A stretch of DNA of 64,000 nt, taken from the NCBI GenBank assembly GCA_963828195.1, contig CAWHDT010000009.1, positions 1 through 64,000 on the forward strand. Direction: 5' to 3'. Of the stretch, positions 46,337-56,334 are shown piece by piece. A model generated the notes under the pieces. The model was not told the origin of the DNA, made no database searches, and saw nothing but the letters and a program-made list of their open reading frames with translations. The translations under genes and the position numbers were made by a program. The stretch's first letter is position 1. Every line of letters starts with the position of its first letter. The stretch is from Candidatus Bathyarchaeota archaeon. GTDB lineage: Archaea; Thermoproteota; Bathyarchaeia; Bathyarchaeales; Bathycorpusculaceae.

Positions 46337-48352
46337 CTATTTTTGAGCTAAAACGAAAGCGGTGCGCGCTGGCAGATAGAGGCTGAGCGCATCTTGATTT
46401 TTAGCTCCTGATTTTTGCAGTGAGGTGAAATGGGTTTGATCGGGAACCAGCCTGCCATACCCGCCATATTTCGGTGCATCGCAGTCTAAGACCATAACGT
46501 ATTTGCCGGAAGGGGCAGCAAACTGATAGTCAGTAAAGGACTGCTGAGGATTAAAGTTGAAGGCAAAAATCAGCTCAGCCCTTTTGAAAACGACGATTTT
46601 CTGATTAGAATCTAAATGCAGCAGCTGAGGCGTTGACCCCTCGAGAAGACCCTGCGTCTCGGCTAGCGAAATCATGTCGCGGTCAAACTGAGCTAGCAGA
46701 AAATATTTCAATGAAGGGTCGTCTGCAAGGTGCCACATTCGACGGGCATGCTTAAATGACCAGTTGTTTCCTTCGCGGGGAAAATCTATCCAGTCCGGGT
46801 GCCCGAATTCGTTGCCCATAAAGTTTAGGTAGCCTCGGTCAGCCGTCGCGAGGGTTATCAAACGGATCATCTTGTGCAACGCTATTCCGCGTGCAACTCT
46901 AAAGTTGTCGTCGTCAATGCGCATGTGGTAATACATGTCTTCGCCGATGAGCCGGAAAATAATTGTCTGATCTCCCACTAACGCCTGGTCGTGAGATTCA
47001 ACGTAACTGATTGTTTTCTCGCCAGACCTGCGGTTAATAAGTTCAAACCACAGGTGACCAATGGGCCAATCCTCGTCTTTGAAGTCCTTTGTCAGGCGGA
47101 TCCAGTAATCCGGCACCCCCATTGCAAAACGGTAGTCAAACCCGAATCCCCCTTCTTGCTGTGGAACGGCTAAACCAGGCATCCCGCTGACATCTTCAGC
47201 TACAGTGGCTGCTTCTGGCTTGACATCATGAATGACTTGATTTGCAAGGGCTAAATAGGTTAAGGCGTCTTCATCCACGCCTGCACCGAAGTAATCATTG
47301 TACGAGGTGAATACTCTGTTAAGACCGTGGTCCAAAAACAGCATGCTGGTGACGCCGTCGAAGCGGAAACCGTCAAAATGAAATTCGTCCAGCCAATACC
47401 GACAGTTCGAAAGCAAAAAATGCAGAACCTCAGGTTTGCCGTAATCAAAGACGCGTGACCCCCAAGCTTCATGTTTTCCCCGTGGACCCTTATGAAAATA
47501 TTGATAAGGCGTCCCGTCGAAGCAGCTTAACCCTTCGACCTCGTTCGAGACAGAGTGGGAATGAATAAGATCCATGAAAACGCTGAGACCCTGAGCATGA
47601 GCCGCGTCAATTAGGGCTTTTAAGTCCTCTGGCGTCCCATAGCGTGACGAGGGCGCAAAAAAACTCGACACCTGATACCCAAATGACCCGTAGTAGGGGT
47701 GCTCTTGAATAGCCATCAACTGCACCACATTATAACCCGCTTTGACTATCCGAGGAAGCACGTTGAGGGTAAATTCTTGGAAAGAACCGATTTTTTCTTC
47801 CTCTTGAGCCATTCCCACATGCGCTTCATAAATAAACGGAGCGTCTTTAGGCCGTTTGAAATCGATTTTCCAGCTGTACGGCTTCTGTGGAGACCATACT
47901 TGAGCGTTGAAAATCAGGGTTTTGGGGTCTTGAACAACCCGCCTGGCATAAGCGGGAATGCGGTCGCCTTCTCCCCCTTCCCAATGAATTCGGAGACGAA
48001 ATAAGTCACCATGAGCAAGTGCGTTGGCATTCAAGTGAATTTCCCAGACCCCGTGATTGTTGAGCTTTTTTAGCCCGAATTCTCTTTTCTCCTGCCACTT
48101 GCTCATGTCGCCGATAAGGAAAACCGCTATTGCATTTGGTGCCCACTCGCGGAAAACCCATTCGCCCCTCTGAAAATGTAGTCCGAAATATTCGTGGCCG
48201 GAAGCAAAATCGGCAAGGCTCATTTTTCCCTGAGTGAGACGCTTCTCAGTTTCCTCCGTACGCTTGAGGCGATCTTGAATCTGGCTGGAAAACGGCTCAA
48301 GAAGGGAATCGCTTCTCAGCAGGCGAACCAAACGGTTTTCAACATCACTCAT
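46337..48352 (-). CDS. glgB: 1,4-alpha-glucan branching enzyme (GH13)
   Basis: FREWAPNA, YEAHVG, GFRFDGVTSM, AEDVSG, YVESHDQ, LNFMGNEFGHP. Confidence 0.92.
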   Translation of the reverse strand: MSDVENRLVRLLRSDSLLEPFSSQIQDRLKRTEETEKRLTQGKMSLADFASGHEYFGLHFQRGEWVFREWAPNAIAVFLIGDMSKWQEKREFGLKKLNNHGVWEIHLNANALAHGDLFRLRIHWEGGEGDRIPAYARRVVQDPKTLIFNAQVWSPQKPYSWKIDFKRPKDAPFIYEAHVGMAQEEEKIGSFQEFTLNVLPRIVKAGYNVVQLMAIQEHPYYGSFGYQVSSFFAPSSRYGTPEDLKALIDAAHAQGLSVFMDLIHSHSVSNEVEGLSCFDGTPYQYFHKGPRGKHEAWGSRVFDYGKPEVLHFLLSNCRYWLDEFHFDGFRFDGVTSMLFLDHGLNRVFTSYNDYFGAGVDEDALTYLALANQVIHDVKPEAATVAEDVSGMPGLAVPQQEGGFGFDYRFAMGVPDYWIRLTKDFKDEDWPIGHLWFELINRRSGEKTISYVESHDQALVGDQTIIFRLIGEDMYYHMRIDDDNFRVARGIALHKMIRLITLATADRGYLNFMGNEFGHPDWIDFPREGNNWSFKHARRMWHLADDPSLKYFLLAQFDRDMISLAETQGLLEGSTPQLLHLDSNQKIVVFKRAELIFAFNFNPQQSFTDYQFAAPSGKYVMVLDCDAPKYGGYGRLVPDQTHFTSLQKSGAKNQDALSLYLPARTAFVLAQK

Positions 48353-48400
48353 AAAAATAACTTATTCCGATTAAACATATAAATAATTTAATTCTATTTG

Positions 48401-48448
48401 GGAGAAGAAGAACAACGGTTGTTTCCCACGTGTTGTTGTTCTTCTTTC
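48401..48448. repeat. REP-like palindromic hairpin, third copy
   Basis: GAAGAAGAACAACGG-loop-TTGTTGTTCTTCTTTC, similar to 32851-32891 including the loop. Confidence 0.6.
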
Positions 48449-48628
48449 AATTGAAGATTATTGCCTCTGGATCGAAAAATCGATGCATGCAGCTTTGGGC
48501 GATCATTTGCCGCCTTTCCCCGGAAGGTAGAACTTAAATTTTCATGGTTGGCGCGCAACAGTCACATAGTCTTAAGAGTTATCTTGTTTTTTCTTTTTTG
48601 TTTCTCCTTGAGTGTGGAGGTGAATGTT

Positions 48629-48832
48629 TTGTCAAAGAATACGCGTTCTTCGGAAAATATGGAGCCCAAAACGACTTCCGACGGCAAATACCTCTGTGAA
48701 GCGGACAACAAAAAATTCAGCACAAAAGAAGACTACACTAAGCATTGCTCAGAAGCGCACACGAAAAGCAGAGAAAATAAAGCATTTCATGCAAAAAGAC
48801 GCATCACCCGGAAGCAATTAGTTTTAAATTAA
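48629..48832 (+). CDS. Small C2H2-like zinc-finger protein (C-x2-D variant)
   Basis: GGAGGTGA RBS then TTG; YLCEADNKKFSTKEDYTKHCSEAH. Confidence 0.6.
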   Translation: MSKNTRSSENMEPKTTSDGKYLCEADNKKFSTKEDYTKHCSEAHTKSRENKAFHAKRRITRKQLVLN

Positions 48833-49697
48833 ATTATTTTATCGAGAATTAGCCCAAACATCAAACACGCTAAATAGGGCATTGAGGCAAGAAACACTTT
48901 GAACCCGGAAATTTCGGAAGCTTTAGCGAGTAATCCGCGATTTTGAAAAAGAAAAACAATTCCCGCCGTCAAAGCAACAACTAGGTAAATCGGGCCTGTA
49001 AGGTGCATCAGCGGAAACAAAAATGAGGACGCAACCGTCAAAACATTAAGTCCGAAAACGATCTGTGAAGCCCTAGTTATGCCTACGGTAACTGGCAGCA
49101 TGGGGATCCCGGCGGCTTTGTATTCATTCATTTTTTTTATGGCGAGCCCCCAAAGATGTCCTGGCGTCCACAGAAAACCCACCATAGCCACAAGCAGCGG
49201 CAGTAAACTAACCGTGTTCACGGCAGCTGTCCATCCTGAAAGAGCCGCAAAACAGCCAGCAAAACCGCCTATGACAACGTTCCAAGGGCTAATGCGCTTG
49301 AGCCAAACCGTGTAAACAATCAGGTAAAAGGCTGCGCCTAAGCCAATCATGTAGGCGGTTAACGGGTTAAAGAATAAGAGTGATAAGCCAAAACTTACAG
49401 CAAGCATAGCTACTCCAAAAGCTATTGCCCTATTGGCAGCCACGTATCCAGCAGGAATTGCTCTTTTTGAAGTTCGAGTCATCATCCTGTCAATGTCTTG
49501 GTCATAGGCACTGTTTAAAACGCCGCAACCGCCCGCCGCTAAGTAACCCACAACAGAAAATAGAGCTATTTTAAACCAGCTGATCGCGGGGAACGCTGCC
49601 AAAACAAAACAGGCAACACCTACAAGCAAGTTCAGCAACGTAACTTTAGGTTTGGTTAACTCTAAATAATAGCCAATTTTTGCTATAATTTCGCCAT
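48829..49697 (-). pseudogene. cyoE: Heme O synthase (protoheme IX farnesyltransferase), apparent 1-nt deletion near the start
   Basis: DQDIDRMMTRTSKRAIP, WTPGH, EYKAAGIPM; conserved ELTKPK lies upstream of the first in-frame start; ATG 49697 is one base out of frame. Confidence 0.75.
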
Positions 49698-49712
49698 TGA
49701 TTCGCTTGATTT

Positions 49713-50210
49713 TTATCCACCCGTTATTACTACTGAACCATACATGCCACTTTCAGCGTGACCTGGAACAGGACAAATATAATACATCGAACCCGCAGTG
49801 TTGGGCGCAAAAATCACCGATCCCTGTTGCCCGGGCGGAAGCGGATTTGACGCTGAACCAATTTCCGCGCCGAAGAGCACTTTAGCGCCTGTTTTAGCTG
49901 CATTGGTTACTGCAAAAGCGTGAGGCATCTTCCCCACATTAATCACTGTTACGTTCACGATATCTGTAGTTTTGAATGTGAGAGTGGGTCCAGGCGAAGT
50001 TAAAGTGATTGATGAGTTGCCAAATCCATATGTGCTGCCTGTTATTTCCCCCTCATAAAGAACTATGTTTACTGTCGGTGTCTTGCCCGAAACGTTTGAA
50101 ACAGGCGTTAAGGGGGGTTGAATGTTGAATACAAGCACAACCATGGTTGCACAATAGAAGCTTGCCGCAAGCAAGATCACTGCGATAAGGGGTAAGTATG
50201 ATTTGCGCAT
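49713..50210 (-). CDS. Membrane-anchored blue copper protein (rusticyanin/sulfocyanin-like)
   Basis: PGPTL, PHAF, YYICPVPGHAESGM type-1 Cu ligands. Confidence 0.85.
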   Translation of the reverse strand: MRKSYLPLIAVILLAASFYCATMVVLVFNIQPPLTPVSNVSGKTPTVNIVLYEGEITGSTYGFGNSSITLTSPGPTLTFKTTDIVNVTVINVGKMPHAFAVTNAAKTGAKVLFGAEIGSASNPLPPGQQGSVIFAPNTAGSMYYICPVPGHAESGMYGSVVITGG

Positions 50211-50214
50211 TCTG

Positions 50215-50484
50215 TTACATCCCCATAACGATTGTCAGGGCAGCCGAAACCGCTAGAAAAACAATGCCTACAACAGCTGCTAAGGGCAAAGCAGCAAGCC
50301 TGATTCCTTCATAACGCAGATGCTGATAGTACAATGCTATAGCAACGGCTTTTCCTGCAGCAATCAAGCCAATGATTGAAACAATCAAAGATGCTTCTCC
50401 GGGCAGCGATCGGACTACAACTTCCATTACTGTCGCTATGACCAGTCCCAGCCAGATTCCGATGTAAAGTTTAATTCCGGGCAT
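50215..50484 (-). CDS. coxD: Heme-copper oxidase subunit IV
   Basis: LVIATVMEV...KAVAIALYYQHLRYE; start MPGIK. Confidence 0.8.
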   Translation of the reverse strand: MPGIKLYIGIWLGLVIATVMEVVVRSLPGEASLIVSIIGLIAAGKAVAIALYYQHLRYEGIRLAALPLAAVVGIVFLAVSAALTIVMGM

Positions 50485-50492
50485 TTTTTCAC

Positions 50493-51266
50493 CTAAATTA
50501 AATAGAAAAGCGGGAAGAGAATCATCCAAACGATATCTACGAAGTGCCAGTACAAGCCGACGTTCTCGACGGCAACGTGGTTTGAGCTGGTGAATCCACC
50601 TCTGTTCGCTCTGAACATAAGGTATCCGACCGCCACCAATCCAACCGCAACATGAGCCGCATGGAGACCTGTTAACACAAAGTAGCTGGATGCTGGTAAC
50701 CCGCTGTTTATGGTGAAGCCGTTGCGGTAAAGGGTGGGCCATTCAATTCCAAGCTTGATTGCAAGGAAGGCTGCGCCTAATGCAAATGTGCCGCCTAAAC
50801 AGATTTTCAACGCTTTCACGTTGCCTAGCCGTATGTAGTAAAGACCTAGAATCATAGCCAGGCTGCTTGTTAGAAGGATAATCGTGTTTGTCATTCCTAT
50901 GTAGACGTTATGTGTTTGCGTTGCTACAGGCCATGACCCGCTGCTTACTCGAACGTACAGATAAGCGACGATAAGTGATCCGAAAATCAAGATCTCTGAT
51001 GCGAGAAAAATCCATAACCCCAGTTTCTCCTTACTTACTGATTCAAGCGGGTACTTCTCTTCTTCGGCTTGCTTGTGCTGGGCAAATTTTTCTGAAGCGC
51101 CATCTTTGAACACTTTGAATAGCGCCGCTCCAATGATAATTAAGCCAGCTATGATGAGCGGAACATAAATTACAATTCCCAAAAATAAAACTGCGATTCC
51201 AGCCGAAAGCATCAGCGGTACATAGGTAGTTTTGTTTTCTTCAGTACGTGTTTCTTCATCTTTCAT
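50493..51266 (-). CDS. coxC: Heme-copper oxidase subunit III
   Basis: [32 protein letters not shown]. Confidence 0.92.
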   Translation of the reverse strand: MKDEETRTEENKTTYVPLMLSAGIAVLFLGIVIYVPLIIAGLIIIGAALFKVFKDGASEKFAQHKQAEEEKYPLESVSKEKLGLWIFLASEILIFGSLIVAYLYVRVSSGSWPVATQTHNVYIGMTNTIILLTSSLAMILGLYYIRLGNVKALKICLGGTFALGAAFLAIKLGIEWPTLYRNGFTINSGLPASSYFVLTGLHAAHVAVGLVAVGYLMFRANRGGFTSSNHVAVENVGLYWHFVDIVWMILFPLFYLI

Positions 51267-52880
51267 TTTAAATCACCATTCTCGTGTACATCTGAATGCT
51301 CAGATTTAGTCGCCGAATAAGTAGCCGTGCTATCATTGTCAACTGCCTCCGTCGATTCGGTGTCTGATGATGATCCACTGTAGTTGCCTGTCCATTCCAT
51401 TTCTCTTGCTTCCCAAGGGTTCGGCTCACATGCTACATTTTTTCTGTAGCTTATAATGAGGTTAAGAAGGGTCAGTAATATGGCGGGTCCGAAAACGAAA
51501 GCGCCGACTGTTGCATCAAAATTTAAGGATGCCCACCCAGTGCTTGCTGCGTAGGTGGAAATTCTTCTCGGCATATCCAGAAGGAAGAAGTAAGGAAAAT
51601 AGAGGACGTTAAATCCGATGAAAGAAATTGCAAAGGTGATTTTGGCGAAGGTTTCATTATATTTTCTGTTAGTTATTTTTGGCCACCAATAGTAGAGCCC
51701 TGCTATAAGCGCAAACAATGTCGTTCCAGCCATAACGTAATGAAAGTGACCTACAATCCAATACGTCCCGTTAAAAGCGTAATCTAAAACTGGGAATGCT
51801 TGCAAGACGCCAGTGACTCCGCCAAGAGTGACCGTAAATATTGCAGCTAAACAATACAGCATTGGCGCTGTAAGCTTTATCCTGCCTTTGTAGAGAGTTA
51901 GCACTAAACCAAGAACTAGCCCCTCAAAAGGCACAGAAATAGCTAGTGTCATCACAGAGAAAACTTGTAACTCATTGTAGTTTACACCCGTAGTGAACAT
52001 GTGGTGCATCCAGACGCCCATGCTCAGAAAAGTGACGGCGGCAAACTCTATTATGAAAATTTTTTTCTGGAAAAGTGGTTTTTTAGCGAATGTCATGAAA
52101 ACTTCGGCAATAATGCCTAAAGCGGGAAATACTACTATGTAAACTTCTGGGTGTCCAAAAAACCAGAAAAGCTCTTCCCACATGATGCTTCCTCCCTGAA
52201 CGGAGCTGAAGAAGACGGTTCCCAGGACTCTGTCAGTTGTAAGCAGCAGAAGTCCCGCGGCTAATGGTGGGAAGGCGAAGAGCGCCAGCACCATCGTCAT
52301 AAGAATGGACCAAGTGAAAACTGGGAGCCGCGTCCAAGTTACGCCTTTAGCTCGGTTCTTTGCTATTGTTGTAATGAAGTTAATTGAGGACATTGTAATT
52401 GAGACGGCGAGTAACGCGAGTCCCAACGCGACAAGGGTTGCTCCAGCTTGGGGAGAGAACTGTATAGTGTTTAGAGGCGCATAAAGAGTCCAGCCTGTGT
52501 TTGCGCTGCCTCCTGGAAGAAAAACTGAGCCAACAAGGAGTAAGCCGCTGAAGAGATATGTCCAGTAGCTAGTAGCGTTTAAACGGGGAAACGCCAGGTC
52601 CTTTGCGCCAATTTGAAGTGGCACAATGTAGTTGGCTAGTCGCAGCCCCGAGAGGCGTTAAAACCCACAGTATCATTAAAAGACCATGCAACGTTACAAT
52701 TTGCCCGTAAGTGAAGGGGTTAAGTAAAGTTTCGTCTGGGGTGGCAAGCTGTGTTCGCATAAGCATGCCAAGCGAGCCCGCAATGATTAGAAAAAACACA
52801 GCTGTTACGATGTACAATATGCCTACGCGTTTGTGGTTGGTTGTAGTTAACCATTCTTTGATCGAGAACTCGCTGTACAA
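51263..52880 (-). pseudogene. coxA: A1-type heme-copper oxidase subunit I, frameshifted near 52640
   Basis: TTNHKRVG, TLHGLLM in the upstream frame; ANYIVP, FWFFGHPEVY, WMHHMF, GHFHY in the downstream frame; span is 3n+1. Confidence 0.88.
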
Positions 52881-52884
52881 CCTT

Positions 52885-53568
52885 TTAGCCTCCCGGCATT
52901 GTTGCGTTTGTAACTGTCTGGTTGGTGAGCCACTGGTTAAAAGCGGTTGGATTCATGACGACAAGGTTCGCCATCATGTCTGTGTGCCCTACGCCGCAGT
53001 ATTCAAAGCAGCGAATAGTGTAGTTTAGTTCACTGTTTCCGTTTAGCGGCGGAGTGGTTATTCCAATAACATTGTATCTTCCCGGTATGGCTTCAATTTT
53101 AACTCTAAAATCCATCAATCCAAAACCATGCATGACATCGGTGCTAGTGACGTTGAAAATTATGCTTTTACTTGCGGGAACATAGCAGGTTCCAGTAATG
53201 TTTACTCCGTTCGGATAGGTAAACCTGAAATCCCACTGGTAAGCCGTGACTTTTATAACTAAACTCTCTGAAACTGGCGGTGGAAAACGCGTATTTGGAG
53301 TTAAAGTAAAGGAGGCTATTGTTAAGCTAAACAAAAGTATAATTGAGATTGAAGCGAATATCAAAGCTTCCTTGGCGCGGCTTTTAGGTAAGCTGATTTG
53401 TGCGAGGAGTTTTGGCTGCCCCTTTCTTTGGCGATATTTTATCACAAAGTAAACCATTGCCACCATGACAATGATTACAGCAGTTACAGCTATGTAGGCA
53501 GCTAAATTGAAAAGATTATTCCACTCTGCAGTTGAGGGAGGCATTGGTTGTGACATAGCATAACCCAT
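52885..53568 (-). CDS. coxB: Heme-copper oxidase subunit II with CuA site
   Basis: YQWDF, DVMHGF, CFEYCGVGHTDM. Confidence 0.92.
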   Translation of the reverse strand: MGYAMSQPMPPSTAEWNNLFNLAAYIAVTAVIIVMVAMVYFVIKYRQRKGQPKLLAQISLPKSRAKEALIFASISIILLFSLTIASFTLTPNTRFPPPVSESLVIKVTAYQWDFRFTYPNGVNITGTCYVPASKSIIFNVTSTDVMHGFGLMDFRVKIEAIPGRYNVIGITTPPLNGNSELNYTIRCFEYCGVGHTDMMANLVVMNPTAFNQWLTNQTVTNATMPGG

Positions 53569-53769
53569 TTTGTTTTTTAGAATTATCTAAAGTGAGGATA
53601 AACCACAAGAGGAAGATTCCCAGAAGCAAGCGGTCTTTCTTCAAATATTAGTCTGAAAAATTGAAGTTTTAAACTTGTGTGGGTTGCTCTGTACAGTCAC
53701 AAGTAAACGAGGTTGAGAAACAGGATTGGAATAAATCTGTCACTTTAATGTAGCTCTATATTGTCAAGG

Positions 53770-55783
53770 TTAGATGGCTTTCTTGGGTTCACCGCGTACT
53801 AGATCCCGACTCCGAAACCTCTCCCTCAACCAATGCCTTACATCGTAGAAGGATATATTTCTGTGTGGGCAGGCCGAAACGCAGTTCCCGTCGCCAATGC
53901 ATTTGTAGTTTCTGAACTCGCCCTTAGCAGCGAATGCCGCCGGCTGACCTGTGAGCCCCAGGGGGCAGACCTTCGAGCAGTCCTTTGTCGTACAGCTGCT
54001 GCAAAGCGCTTTGTCCTTCACCTTTAGCCTAAACAACCCAGCTCGGGATATAAGTTGGTTGAAAGCTCCCCAGCCGCACATGCCAGTTGAGACGCAGCCG
54101 TACGTCCCGACAAAGGGAATCATCATCCAGATAACGTACCAGAGAAAGCCGAAGTAGAACATGAACAGGAAGTAGGCGGGATCCATGCCGAAGACGGAGA
54201 CACCTAAAATTCCTGACAGATGTCAAGTAGGATAGTAAAGCTGCAGCCAGCAGCGAGATCCACACCGCCGATATGGCTACCTTATAGGCGGATGATATCT
54301 TGTTCGTGTGCAGCCTGCATGCAAGCTTGGAAGTTCCACTAAATGAGTTCATGGCATCTAAAGTCGTCCCCTGATACATGAGGGGAGCCATACACGTTAC
54401 AGAGCAGAGTTGCCTGCTGCCGAAAAGAAAGGAAAGGATGCCGCTGATCAGAAATGTGCCGAGCAACGCCATTACTACGGTTGAAGCTATGGCACCTGAG
54501 CTTCCTATCCCAGATGCCCAGCCTAGCCACGGGGTCTGCCTAAGGAGGTTGAACGGGATTACGAATATGGGCAGGAGTATACTGTATACGCCGTAAGGCG
54601 AGAATCAAAAGCAGGAGCCTTACCTTAGTTTCGAGCTCCCGTGTATACTTGATTCTGAAGGCTACAAGCGCGCCCATCTCTATGCCCATCATTATCAGGT
54701 ACCACGGAGACATGGTTATTCTGGTGAAGAACATGATGAAATTGAAAAAGCCCGCACTTAGGGCATTCACAAAGGACCCTGCCGTAGAGGCAAACATCAT
54801 CATATTGAAAAAGCCTGCGCCATACACTTGGATGTCCAAGACTCCGCCCATGAAGAACTCTGCCACGAAAAGGAGCCCCAGGAAACCGAAGACCCAATAC
54901 GGCTTTGCTTGCCAACTTGCGGATTTGGATGAAACAAGTCTTCCTTCGTCCAGCACGATTCCGAAGTACACCACCATCTCGACTATTATGGATAGTACGA
55001 AGACTGTGGCATCGCCGTTAAGAAGCCAGATGAACTGGCCCGCCATCATCAACGCATAAGCCAGCATAAGGAAGAGCAGATAGTTCAGGATGCCTGAACT
55101 GGTGGTCCGATTCTTATAAAGGAACTCAAAGACGTAAATGAAAAGAAAAACCATGACGGCGCTGCCCGCAACCAGGGAGATGCTGGTCCAGAGAGAGTTG
55201 TCAATCGCTGTGGGAGACAGAATCATTATGATGGTTTGAGATGCCATGATCCAGATGAGTGGCTTCGGCAGCCTGCTTCTTATGAAGAAAAGCGTTATTC
55301 CCATCTCGGCGGACATCATGAAGATAAACCAGAAGGAGCTCGTAGCGTGAATAAGGGCTGAATAGACCCATTGTAGACCGCTAGAAATCGATACCGTACC
55401 GTCAAGGAGCGCAAAGGTCCAGCCCATAAACATCTCAGAAAGGACGACCAAGGCGATGATCGACGCGATCAAAAGAAATCTGATGTTGCCCTCCTTATTC
55501 TTCAGCAGGCTATCGTTTCCCCTGCGTGTTGCAAAAAGAGCGGCAACAGTTGCTACGCCTGCCACCGCCAGGTTAATGGCCCCCAGATCAATGAGTGTAA
55601 CTGATGTTTGAATGTAAAGGTAGACGACTGTGCTGATGAATGTCGTAGCAATCATTGAGAGGAGGAAGAGCACCATCCAAGCTTCCCTTGGAGCCTTGAT
55701 TTCCGAGCCTTTTTTGATAAGCCCGTGAAGACAGCCATCAATCCTTCGATTATCCAGAAGGGAATTAGAGTAGCAAAACCCAA
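53770..55783 (-). pseudogene. Polytopic 4Fe-4S membrane protein (NapH/FoxG-like), three frameshifts
   Basis: Joins MGFATLIPFWIIEGLM (55783) to track ORFs 54540, 54029 and 53770 via shifts near 55725, 54596, 54215; GSRQLCSVTC, C.STGMCGWG, CSSC..KDC..VCP, CIGDGNCVSACP. Confidence 0.7.
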
Positions 55784-55969
55784 GTCCTTCACCAATTTTT
55801 CTAGTTTTATTTATTGGGCGTAGTGTATGGCATAGCCAAAAGCCTATTGACGTGCAAGCTATATAACGCTGTGCTGTCAGTGTTAGCCAACAACAGCCCA
55901 TAGTCGTTTAGAGAAATAGCCCCTTACAAAAGCTCAGTTTTTCTTCAATGATGTGACGCTTCAGGACAC

Positions 55970-56268
55970 ATGAGCAAGGAATCGAAATGGTTAGAAGAAA
56001 AGTTGCATTTAAACTTGGTTGTGATTTTTGTGATGATGTTTCCTTCGCTATTCATATTTTACATTGACCCAAATGTAACCTTCTTTTCATCCTTCTCGAT
56101 ACTTCAGATCGTTCATAGTATTATCGGGTTTCCAGCAGTCACACTGGCCTTGATGTTGCCTTCAATGATTTGCCGAAAAACACCAAGAAATGGATGCTTG
56201 CCACATCGATTTTATGGTTAACGAACATTGCCTTAGGCGCAACTGTGTATTTCACCATGCCAAGTTAA
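55970..56268 (+). pseudogene. DUF420 (CtaM-like) membrane protein, frameshifted and 5'-damaged
   Basis: LNLVVIFVMMFPSL...VHSIIG, then a shift near 56157 to FNDLPKNTKKWMLATSILWLTNIALGATVYF*. Confidence 0.55.
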
Positions 56269-56334
56269 AAACTCGGTAATTAGTTATTGTAATTGTGGAA
56301 AAATGACCGCCTTTTTAGCTACAATTCGGTTTTG

